From assembly GCA_963763495.1 (NCBI GenBank), contig CAVXOY010000018.1:16592-80591 (forward strand): DNA of 64,000 nucleotides, in the 5' to 3' direction. Source of the stretch: an uncultured Chloroflexia bacterium. GTDB taxonomy: Bacteria; Chloroflexota; Dehalococcoidia; DSTF01; JALHUB01. The first letter of the stretch is position 1; each line of letters starts with the position of its first letter. The notes beneath the pieces were generated by a model. The model saw only the letters and a list, made by a program, of their open reading frames with translations. It ran no database searches and was not told the DNA's origin. This document shows, piece after piece, positions 1 to 8,131 of the stretch. Made by a program: the position numbers and the translations under genes.

Positions 1-171
1 CAGATCAAGGACAGCCGCGTGGATGACCGACAGGTTTTCGTTGGTCCGGATATCTTCGGGCAGCCTGTCCGGGGAGCGCACAGTCACCCTGACGCTCACG
101 CCGCGATTCAACAGCTCGTTCACAAGCAGCCGCCCGGTCGCCCCGGTTGCCCCGACTACGAGCGTTGTCAT
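1..171 (-). CDS. NAD(P)-binding Rossmann-fold protein (NmrA/atypical-SDR-like), N-terminal fragment running off the window edge
   Basis: Own translation of the reverse strand from ATG 171-169: MTTLVVGATGATGRLLVNELLNRGVSVRVTVRSPDRLPEDIRTNENLSVIHAAVLDL. It carries a GxxGxxG dinucleotide-binding motif. It is absent from the ORF track because it is shorter than 60 aa and truncated. Confidence 0.55.
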   Translation of the reverse strand, partial: MTTLVVGATGATGRLLVNELLNRGVSVRVTVRSPDRLPEDIRTNENLSVIHAAVLDL

Positions 172-223
172 ACTTTATCCGCTCTCATTGCGGTACCATC
201 TTCCTGTCGATGAGTTGAGACTT

Positions 224-298
224 TGGTGGGCCGTGAGGGATTCGAACCCTCGACTCCCGGATTAAAAGTCCGGAGCTCTACCGCTGAGCTAACGGCCC
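224..298 (-). tRNA. tRNA-Lys (anticodon UUU), CCA encoded
   Basis: The reverse complement folds as a cloverleaf. Acceptor GGGCCGT/ACGGCCC; D arm GCTC-AGCGGTA-GAGC; anticodon arm CCGGA-CTTTTAA-TCCGG (anticodon TTT); variable loop GAGTC; T arm GAGGG-TTCGAAT-CCCTC; discriminator A plus CCA. Confidence 0.93.
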
Positions 299-403
299 GC
301 CTCTGCAAATATAGAAGACGCCTAGAAACCTGTCAAACCCTGGGCAAAGAGAAGCCCCATCCTGCAGGATAGGGCATCGCAGCGCGACGGCTGATCGCTG
401 AGG

Positions 404-960
404 CTACGTCACCTTCAGCGGCACCCCCTGCTGACACAGCGGACACTCCGACGGCTCGTACGACGGCACCACCAACTCCAGACAGGCGAAGAACGGCAGC
501 CCAAAGTCCACCTTGCCGCCCGTGCGGTCCACCAGCACCGCTACGCCGATAGGGACGCCTCCCGCTTCCCGCACCGCGTCGATCACCTGCCGGATGCTCC
601 CGCCCGTCGTCAGCACGTCGTCCACCACCAGCACCCGCTCGCCGGGGTTCACTACAAAGCCGCGCTGGAATCGCCGTCCGCCTTCGACGCTCTCAGCGAA
701 GATGCCGCGCACCCCCAACTGCCGTCCCACCTCGAAGCTCAGGATCACGCCGCCCGTCGTCGGGCCGGCCACCAGCTCGACGTCCGCCGCTCGCGGAAGT
801 GGTCGGCGATCATGCCGCACAGGCGCTCCGTGTAGGCTGGGTACTGCAGCACCTGAAACTTCTCGACATAAGCGCCGGAGTGACGCCCCGACGTGAGCTG
901 AAAGTGGCCCTCCTGAAACGCGCCCGATCGCCGGAACAGCTCCAGGGCCTCATCGCTCAT
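404..960 (-). CDS. pyrE: orotate phosphoribosyltransferase, frame broken once near 790-800
   Basis: The C-terminal part is ORF 404-820, with PRPP loop VLVVDDVLTTGGS. The N-terminal part, MSDEALELFRRSGAFQEGHFQLTSGRHSGAYVEKF..., reads from 960 inside ORF 745-1920. The ATG overlaps the lepB stop (ATGA, 957-960). Confidence 0.85.
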
Positions 961-1884
961 TGCACCGGCTCCAGCGCGCCTACCGGCGTTGGCGTCATTT
1001 CTTCGACGCTGGTCGGCGCCGGCTCGCTGCCCGCCGGCTTTATGTGGGGACTGGATACCAGGCCGAAGGAAGAGAACGGCCAGTACGTTAGCCACGCCTG
1101 ACCGATGATGTTCTCCTCGGCCAGCATCCCCCAGACGTGGGAGTCGAAGCTGTTGTTGCGATTGTCGCCGAGGACGAAGTAGTGGTCCGGGGGCACCTTC
1201 TCCGGCCCGTACGAATAGTGGGCGCGGACCGTGATGTACGGCTCCTTGAGATACCTGCCGTCGATGAACACCAGCCCGTCTCGTATCTCGATCGTCTCCC
1301 CCGGCTCGACCGATGATGCGCTTGATGAAGTCCCGCGACGGGTCATCCGGGAAGCGGAAGACTATTACGTCGCCCCGGTGCGGTTCTCGGAACACGTAGT
1401 GATAGGGGTCATCCCCTGAATCATAGAACGGCAGGAAGTCGAGGAAGCCCAGGTTGACCTTGAAGTAGGTCGCCTTGCTCACCAGCAGGTACTGCCCGTC
1501 ATGAAGGGAACCCTCCATGCTCGCTCCCTGGACGCGGAAGTTCTGCACCGCCGCCCGCACGGCGATGAAGATAAGCAGGGCGAGGATGAGCGTCTCCACC
1601 GCGTCGCGGGCGAACCGGCCCAGGCGCAGCCGCATCGATGGCCCCGTCTCGACGGGGGCCTCAACCGCGACGTCATCCGGCATGGCCCAGGGCGAGAAGC
1701 CGATGGGCGAGCTCGTATCCGATGACCAGAAGAACTCTATGTTAGGCTCTGTCTCCTCTGTCGGAGACGGCGAAGTGATCTCGGGGGTAGCCTCAGGCGC
1801 AGCCTCAGAGATAATCTCCGGGGGCTCGGCGTTTCCCGATCTGTCTGGGGTAGCGGATCTCTCCTCTTCGGGTCCAGATTCCAT
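957..1884 (-). CDS. lepB: signal peptidase I (S26), frame broken once near 1310-1320
   Basis: The N-terminal piece lies in ORF 745-1920, with TM LILALLIFIAVRAAV and Ser box GASMEGSL. The C-terminal piece is ORF 957-1346 (GDNRNNSFDSHVWG). The ATG at 1884 (MESGPEE...) is preferred over the GTG at 1920 because a TGCTATAAT box lies between them. Confidence 0.85.
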
Positions 1885-1896
1885 AATGTCGCAGAG

Positions 1897-1905
1897 ATTA
1901 TAGCA
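1897..1905 (-). promoter_or_regulatory. extended -10 element TGCTATAAT 12 nt upstream of the lepB ATG (very short or no leader)
   Basis: The reverse complement of 1897-1905 reads TGCTATAAT. No convincing -35 element is seen. Confidence 0.35.
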
Positions 1906-2056
1906 TGTGAGGTCTTCCACTAACTATTGACGGACTGTTAAGGAAATACTAAAGGATGATGTCGCTGGATTGGTCGCCTGACCACTCGCGCTGGAAACGA
2001 ATGGCTGGTCTTGCGCGCTCTGATAGAATGGCTCTGACCACGACGAAGCGACTTTC

Positions 2057-2719
2057 ATGGGGGTGAGATTGCCGGACGGGATAGCGGAAGAGGAAACGCT
2101 GCTGGCCCGCAGCCGAGAGGGCGACCTGGCCGCCTTCAACGCCCTCGTCGAAGCGTATCAGGGGCGCGTCTACAATCTGTGCCTGCGCATGCTCGCCTCG
2201 CCCGAAGCGGCGGAAGACGCCGCCCAGGAAGCCTTCCTCTCCGCCTATCGCAACATCGACCGCTTTCGCGGCACGGCCTTTCGGTCGTGGCTGCTCCGGA
2301 TCGCCGTCAACGCCTGCACCGACGAGCTACGCCGCCGTCATCGCCGACCCCAGGTGTCGCTGGAGGCCGGCCCGGCCGCAATCGACGGCCCTCTGGAGCC
2401 GCCCGACACATCCGATTCCCCCGAAGAGTGGGCGCTTCGCAGCGAAGTGAGCCGTCACCTCCAGAGCGGTCTCATGAGACTGCCGCTGGACCAGAGGGCG
2501 GTCGTGGTTCTCTGCGACGTGCAGGGGATGAGCTACGAGGAGATCGCGGCGACGCTCGTGCTCTCTGTGGGCACCGTCAAGTCGCGCATCAGCCGGGGAC
2601 GGGCGCGCCTGCGCCGTCTCCTGCTGGAAAACGCGGAACTTTTGCCCCAGCGGTTTCGTCATAATATTGGTAGTGAGGATAGCGAGGAGGGCGCAGACCC
2701 ACCCTCCTCCGAGGCGTGA
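2057..2719 (+). CDS. ECF (sigma-70 family group 4) RNA polymerase sigma factor
   Basis: Region 2: AEDAAQEAFLSAYRNIDRFRG..FRSWLLRIAVNACTDELRRR. Region 4: QRAVVVLCDVQGMSYEEIAATLVLSVGTVKSRISRGRARLR. Confidence 0.9.
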   Translation: MGVRLPDGIAEEETLLARSREGDLAAFNALVEAYQGRVYNLCLRMLASPEAAEDAAQEAFLSAYRNIDRFRGTAFRSWLLRIAVNACTDELRRRHRRPQVSLEAGPAAIDGPLEPPDTSDSPEEWALRSEVSRHLQSGLMRLPLDQRAVVVLCDVQGMSYEEIAATLVLSVGTVKSRISRGRARLRRLLLENAELLPQRFRHNIGSEDSEEGADPPSSEA

Positions 2720-3508
2720 CAATGTTTGACTGGCTCAGAGTTCACCGGCACCCCGTCAAGGAGGCGGATCTATCCGCCTACCTCGACGGCGAACTCCCGC
2801 CCGAGCGAAAGCGGCAACTGGAAGAGCACCTTCGTTCTTGCGACGGCTGCAGCCGCCGGCTCGACGCTCTGCGTACCCTAGCGGCGGCCCTGCGCGAGAT
2901 GCCGGAGTCCCCGCTGCCTCGCTCCTTCACCCTCACGCCGGAACAAGCGCGCGGCGTCCAGAAGGCGAAGCCGTCTTCTACCGCTGCCCGCCTGTACCCG
3001 GCATTCCGGACGGCGGCCGCGGCGGCTATCGTCCTTCTCTTCGCCTCCGTCGGCGCCGACATCTTCCTCCAGTCCGGTGGTCGAGCCGACCGAACCACAG
3101 GCCGTCATGCTCGGGGCTGCTCGCGAGTCGGCGGCGACTTCCGGCGAGGGCAACGTTGCAGCCGACCAAGCGGCGGAGGAGAAGGGCGTCGCCGAGGACT
3201 ATGAAGCCGCTCCCGTCCCCTCGACAGCGCAGTCGACCCCGCTCATGGCCCCGTTGCCGCAGCCGCTGGTGACCCCTCTGCCGGGGGAAAGCGGCACGCC
3301 TCTCCCTGGTCTGGCGGCCGGCGCCCCGGAGACGCCTCCGGCTGTGGCCATTCCCACACCGCCGCTGGCTGAAGAGGCTGCTGCTGTTGAGCAGGAGGAA
3401 GACGAGGATTTCGACTGGCTGCGGGCTGCGGAAGGAGTTCTTGGTGGACTGGCGCTGGGCTTTGTCGCCGTTGCCTTTTTCGCGAGGCGGCGGTCGCGGC
3501 GGACCTGA
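2716..3508 (+). CDS. membrane anti-sigma factor (zf-HC2), frame broken once near 3075
   Basis: The GTG overlaps the sigma stop (GTGA, 2716-2719). It has the HxxxCxxC motif HLRSCDGC and a TM segment AAAAIVLLFASVGADIF. It continues in ORF 3077-3508 as a Pro/Ala/Glu-rich tail with a second hydrophobic segment, VLGGLALGFVAVAFFA. Confidence 0.75.
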
Positions 3509-3557
3509 TAATGTAACTGAGCGCTGGCGGGCTGAATCCGTCCAGCCAAAGAAGGAG

Positions 3558-4302
3558 ATGACTATCATGCGTAAACAGATTGCAGTTCTCTCGATAGCGG
3601 GCCTGCTCGTGCTGGGCCTTCTGAGCGCCGCCTGCGAAGGGGACAAGGTGACCGTCGCCAACCAGCAGGCCGAGTCGCTGGGAATCACCGTCAGCGGCGA
3701 AGGCAAGGTCTCCGGCGCGCCCGACGTGGCCGTCCTCACCCTCGGGGTCTCCGCCCTCGCGCCCTCGGTCAAAGACGCGCGCGACCAGGCGGCCACGGCC
3801 ATGAAGGGCGTCACCGACTCCATCAAGGGCAACGGCGTGGACGAGAAAGACATCCAGAGCAGCCAGTACAGCATCTACCCCGAGTACGACTACCGCAACG
3901 ACACGCAGGAGCTGCGCGGCTATCGGGTGACCAACATCGCCACCGTCAAGATCCGTGACATCGACAACACCAGCAAGATAATCGACGATGCTGCTGCCGC
4001 CGGCGGCGACCTCACCCAGGTGCAGGGCATCAACTTCACCATCGACGACCCCGACGAGCTTCGCGACGAGGCCCGCGAGGAGGCGGTGAAGGACGCGAAG
4101 GCGAAGGCGGAGCGCCTGGCCGAACTGGCCGGTGTGAAGCTTGGGCAACCCCATCTCCATCCGTGAGTACACCAGCTCGCCGCCGGTCGCCTACCGGGAC
4201 GTCGGCATGGGGGGCGATATGGAGGCCGCGCCCTCCACTCCCATCGAGCCGGGCGAGTTGGAGGTGATACTGAGCGTCGACGTCATCTACGCCATCGAGT
4301 AG
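3558..4302 (+). CDS. SIMPL/DUF541-family lipoprotein, frame broken once near 4148
   Basis: GAAGGAG lies just upstream of ATG 3558. Lipoprotein signal ...LLVLGLLSAAC. The body ITVSGEGKVSGAPDVAVLTLGV...AKAKAERLAELAGVKLGQP is typical of SIMPL. The last ~50 aa (ISIREYTSSPP...VDVIYAIE*) read in another frame through to TAG 4300-4302. Confidence 0.7.
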
Positions 4303-4372
4303 CGGGGCGTTGTCGCAAGTCATGCCCTAGGTGGGGCTAGGCGACGACTTTCCTGGATAGTTGAACACAACT

Positions 4373-4395
4373 GGCGACCCCCACTGGGGGTCGCC
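4373..4395. terminator. GC-rich hairpin (10-bp stem, 3-nt loop) after the SIMPL gene; no U-tract
   Basis: GGCGACCCCC-ACT-GGGGGTCGCC. Candidate factor-independent terminator of the kind seen in high-GC genomes. Confidence 0.4.
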
Positions 4396-4405
4396 GACAC
4401 AAAGA

Positions 4406-4433
4406 TTGACAAGCGGGCAGGCAGTGGTATAAT
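4406..4433 (+). promoter_or_regulatory. sigma-70-type promoter for the YVTN-repeat gene
   Basis: TTGACA (4406-4411), 16-nt spacer, TATAAT (4428-4433), with TGG immediately upstream giving an extended -10. Confidence 0.6.
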
Positions 4434-4499
4434 CGCCTCCACTGACAGCTCGCTGCTGATTATTACCCGCTCATTGACGTTCTCGCCAACAGGGAGGTT

Positions 4500-6497
4500 G
4501 TGCGATGCGGTTGGTGCTGTCCTCGATTTGCGCTTCTCATGCTCGTGGCTGGCGCCTCGATTGCCGGTAACGGGCCAGCGGCGGCCGCCCAGCCCACGGT
4601 GATTGCCACCGTCCAGATAGGGTTTGGCGGGCACTACCCCCGGTGGATCGCCGCCAACCCTTCCACAAACCGCATCTACGTGACCAACGATAGAAGCCAC
4701 AATGTTTCGGTGATTGACGGCGCGAGCAACGCCATCGTGGCCACGGTCCCGGTTGGCAACCCGAATGGCGTTGCCGCTAATCCCACCACGAACCGCATCT
4801 ACGTGGCTGGCGGTGGCGGTGTATCAGTCATGGACGGCGTTTCGAACACCGTCACGGCGACTGTGCCCGTAGGCTCCGGTCCCCAGGGCGTTGCGGTCAA
4901 CCCCATTACCAACCGCATCTACGTAGCGAACTGGGAAAGCGACAACGTGTCGGTGATTGACGGGATCAGCAACGCCGTCGTGGCCACTGTGTCCGTGGGC
5001 AACTCCCCCGACGGCGTTGCCGGTAATCCCACGACCAACCGCATCTATGTGACAAACGAGAACGGCAACAATGTATCGGTGATCGACGGCGCAACCAACG
5101 CCGTCGTGGCCACCGTGGCCGTAGGCACCTCTCCCGAGGGCATCGCCGCTAATCCTACGACGAACCGCGTCTACGTGGCGAACTGGACGAGCAACAACGT
5201 GTCAGTGATCGATGGGACCAGTAACACCGTCGTGACCAGCGTGCCTAGTGCCTACAATGTCTACGGCGTTGCCGTAAACCACGTCACCAATCGCATCTAC
5301 GTGAGCAACGCAGTGAGCAGCGTCTTGGTGATCGACGGCTCCACCAACGCTGTCGTGGCCACCATTCCCCTGGCGAGCCAGTTGCAGGGCGTTGTGGCCA
5401 ACCCTTCAACCAACCGCATCTACGTAGTTCAACCCGACATCAGCGACGTCTCGGTGATCGACGGGGTCACGAACAACCTAGTGGCTACGGTGTCCGTTGG
5501 CAACGACTGTATGGGGAGTTGCCGCCAACCCCGCCACCGACCGCATCTACGTGGCCAACTGGTGGAGCGCCGACGTGTCGGTGATCGACGGGGCGACCGA
5601 CAGCGTAGTAGCCACCGTGCCTGTGGATCGGTTCGCCTCGGGTATTGGCGCTAACCCTACAACGAACCGCATCTACGTGGCAGGGCTTAGCGTGTCGGTG
5701 ATCGACGGGTCCACCAACAACGTGGTTGCCACCGTGCCCGGAGGCGGCCGAGAAGTAGCCGTCAACCCGGCAACGAACCTGATCTACGTGACGAACTCGG
5801 TTGGTGTATCGGTGATCGACGGCGCAACCAACGCCGTCGTGACCACCGTGGCCCTAGGCGACTCTCCCAGGGCGTTGCCGTCAACCCCAGCACCAACCGC
5901 ATCTACGTGGCCAACGAGAACGGCAACAATGTATCGGTGATCGACGGGGCAACCAACAATGTGGTGGCCACGGTCCCGGTAGGCTACTATCCGAGCAGCG
6001 TTGCTGCCAACCCCACCACCAACCGCATCTACGTAGCCCACGATATGCACAATAGCGTATCGGTGATCGACGGCCATACGAACGCCCTCGTGACCACCGT
6101 GGCCCTAGTAGACTCTCCCCAGGGCGTTGCCGTCAACCCAGCAACGAACCGCATCTACGTGGCCAACTACGACAACAATAGCGTGTCGGTCATCGACGGA
6201 GTTAGCAACGCTGTAGTGGCCACCACCCCTGTCGGCAACGGGCCTAGAGGTGTTGCCGTTGTCGCCGCAACCAACCGCGCCTACGTGGCCAACTCTGTGG
6301 GCGACACGGTGTCGGTGATTCCCTATCCCCCACCGCCAGTGGGCGGAGTCGCCGAGTATCCACAGCTTGAACCTCAATCCATCCTCACTGAGCAGACGCG
6401 CGCAGCCACCAAATCCTTTGCCATCGTTGCCGTGGCCGGTGGAGTCCTCCTACTTGTGGCTAGCGCGTGGTATGCCAGGAAACACTGGTTAGCCTAA
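4500..6497 (+). CDS. secreted, C-terminally membrane-anchored YVTN-family beta-propeller repeat protein (14 blades), frame broken twice (~5510, ~5867)
   Basis: Three ORF-track pieces: 4500-5654, 5497-5940 and 5907-6497. Signal peptide LLMLVAGASIAGNGPAAAA. There are 14 repeats of the pattern NPxTNRIYVAN..SNNVSVIDG.TN.VVATVPVG..P.GVA. C-terminus: PPPPVGG...FAIVAVAGGVLLLVASAWYARKHW. Confidence 0.8.
4660..6300 (+). repeat. tandem ~120-126-bp coding repeats (YVTN blades) with long near-identical DNA stretches
   Basis: Recurring strings AACCGCATCTACGTGGC and GTGTCGGTGATCGACGG. The stretches 5838-5886 and 6089-6130 are almost identical. Confidence 0.85.
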
Positions 6498-6851
6498 CTC
6501 TCACGACTTGTCAGACGCACCGGGACCCCGTACAATCCGGTCGTCAGATGTCACGCGGGCAAGACCGCAGGATTCGTCCTCGCAGAGCGCCATCTGCCTG
6601 CCGTCCGGGACCCTTCCCTCAGATTCGGCGAACAGCGCCGCTTAGGGTTGACTCTTGGCATCAGAGCGGGATACGATTAGAATCTCAGGGCGCCGCGGTG
6701 TTCGCGCAGCGCCGAGGATCATCAGGAAAAGATGGAAAGCGACGAAGACGGCGATCAACGCCGTCACAGCCAAGAAACCGAGGGAGGCGCTCCGCTTCAG
6801 ATGAGCCGCTGACGCGTGTTTTCGTGTCGCCGCGGCTCTCCTCTGCGGCGG

Positions 6852-6892
6852 ACCACCTCCCGAACAGCCATAGCTTGGGGAGGTGGTTTTTT
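6852..6892 (+). terminator. intrinsic-terminator-like hairpin plus U6 that also sequesters the SD of the downstream gene (candidate attenuator or riboswitch expression platform)
   Basis: ACCACCTCCC (6852-6861) pairs with GGGAGGTGGT (6878-6887) around a 16-nt loop. It is followed by TTTTTT (6887-6892) and then ATG 6893. The GGAGG Shine-Dalgarno lies in the 3' arm. Confidence 0.6.
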
Positions 6893-8128
6893 ATGCCTTT
6901 CCTCAGCCAGCTCTTGGGTCGTCCCGTCCTCGACCTTGAGGGGACCCGTGTCGCGATCCTCCGCGACCTGCTTGTCCCGATGGACGTCCCCTATCCGCCT
7001 GTACTCACTGTCGCCGTCGCCACCCGCGGGCGTCTGCACGCCGTCCCCTGGAGCCGCGTCGCCTCCGTGACGCCGCGCGGCACCGCTCTCGGCCACCGCA
7101 TCGACCTTGACGCCCTTCCCGAGCCGGGGGAAGACCTTATCTGGCTCGGCCGCGATCTGCTGGACAAGCAGATCGTCGATACTCACGGCGTCAAGCTCGT
7201 CCGCGTGAACGACATCTCGCTCACCCCCATCAACGGTGACCTCCGCCTGGCGGGCGTTGACAGCTCCATCGCCGGTCTCTTTCGCCGTCTGGGACTGGAG
7301 TGGGTGACCCGCGCCGCCCGCTGCTACCGACCCCGCCTCATCGACTGGCAGGAGGTCGACGTCGGCCCCGCCGTCGACGAGGTGCGTCTCAAGGTGCCCT
7401 TCGACCGCCTGCGCGCCATGCGCCCCGCTGACATCGGCGCCATCATAAGCCAGATGTCCCCCGGCGAGGCTGCCGACGTTCTGGAGGTGCTCGACGACAA
7501 GACAGCCGCCGACGCCCTGGCCGAGCTCTCCGACGAGCACCAGGCCGCCGTCCTCACCGCTATGGATCTGGATGAGGCCGCCGACGTTCTCGACCAGATG
7601 CCGCCCGACGAGGCCGCCGACGTGCTGGGCGACGTCCAGGAGGTGCGCGCCGGTGAGTTGATGAGACTGATGGCGCCCCATGCCGCCAAAGAGGTGCGAT
7701 CGCTTCTCGCCTATGAAGAGGACGAGGCGGGTGGACTGATGAACAGCCGTCTCGTCGCCGTCCTGGAGACAGACACTGCCGACGAGGTAATCACCGTCCT
7801 CCGGCGCATCGCTCCCCCGGAGGACGAGAGCTACTACCTCTACGTCGTCGACAGCGCCAACCGCCTTCGCGGCGTCATCTCCCTCCGCGACCTCATCATC
7901 GCCCAGCCGGACGCGCCCGTCGCCAGCTTCATGCAGCGCGACATCGCCTCCGTGCGTCTGGACGACTCCAAGGAAGAGGTGGCGCGCAAGCTCATCCGCT
8001 ACGACCTTCTCGCCATTCCCGTGACGGACGAGGACGGCGACCTCAAGGGCGTCGTGACCGTCAACGACGTTCTCGATCTTGTGACCCCGCGCTCTTGGCA
8101 GAACCGGCCGCGTCGAATGACAGGATGA
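6893..8128 (+). CDS. soluble PRC-barrel + MgtE N-terminal domain + CBS-pair protein (MgtE cytosolic module without the membrane pore)
   Basis: In-frame ATG inside ORF 6467-8128 with SD GGAGG. Acidic helical repeats EAADVLEVLDDKTAADALAELSDEH...DEAADVLDQMPPDEAADVL. CBS pair LLAYEEDEAGGLMNSR...YLYVVDSANRLRGVISLRDL...LLAIPVTDEDGDLKGVVTVNDVLDLV. No hydrophobic C-terminal domain is present. Confidence 0.85.
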   Translation: MPFLSQLLGRPVLDLEGTRVAILRDLLVPMDVPYPPVLTVAVATRGRLHAVPWSRVASVTPRGTALGHRIDLDALPEPGEDLIWLGRDLLDKQIVDTHGVKLVRVNDISLTPINGDLRLAGVDSSIAGLFRRLGLEWVTRAARCYRPRLIDWQEVDVGPAVDEVRLKVPFDRLRAMRPADIGAIISQMSPGEAADVLEVLDDKTAADALAELSDEHQAAVLTAMDLDEAADVLDQMPPDEAADVLGDVQEVRAGELMRLMAPHAAKEVRSLLAYEEDEAGGLMNSRLVAVLETDTADEVITVLRRIAPPEDESYYLYVVDSANRLRGVISLRDLIIAQPDAPVASFMQRDIASVRLDDSKEEVARKLIRYDLLAIPVTDEDGDLKGVVTVNDVLDLVTPRSWQNRPRRMTG

Positions 8129-8131
8129 ACG

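Noticed and set aside
4660-6300. Regular ~120-126-bp DNA periodicity that could be mistaken for a CRISPR or satellite array.
   Set aside because: The units are contiguous with no unique spacers and translate into YVTN beta-propeller blades in one continuous gene, apart from two frame breaks.
6467-6892. The first 142 codons of ORF 6467-8128, which would give the MgtE_N/CBS protein a long N-terminal extension.
   Set aside because: The translation is Arg/Ser/Pro-rich and not protein-like. The region contains several hairpins, including a terminator-like one, and a good SD precedes the internal ATG 6893. It is treated as a leader RNA instead.
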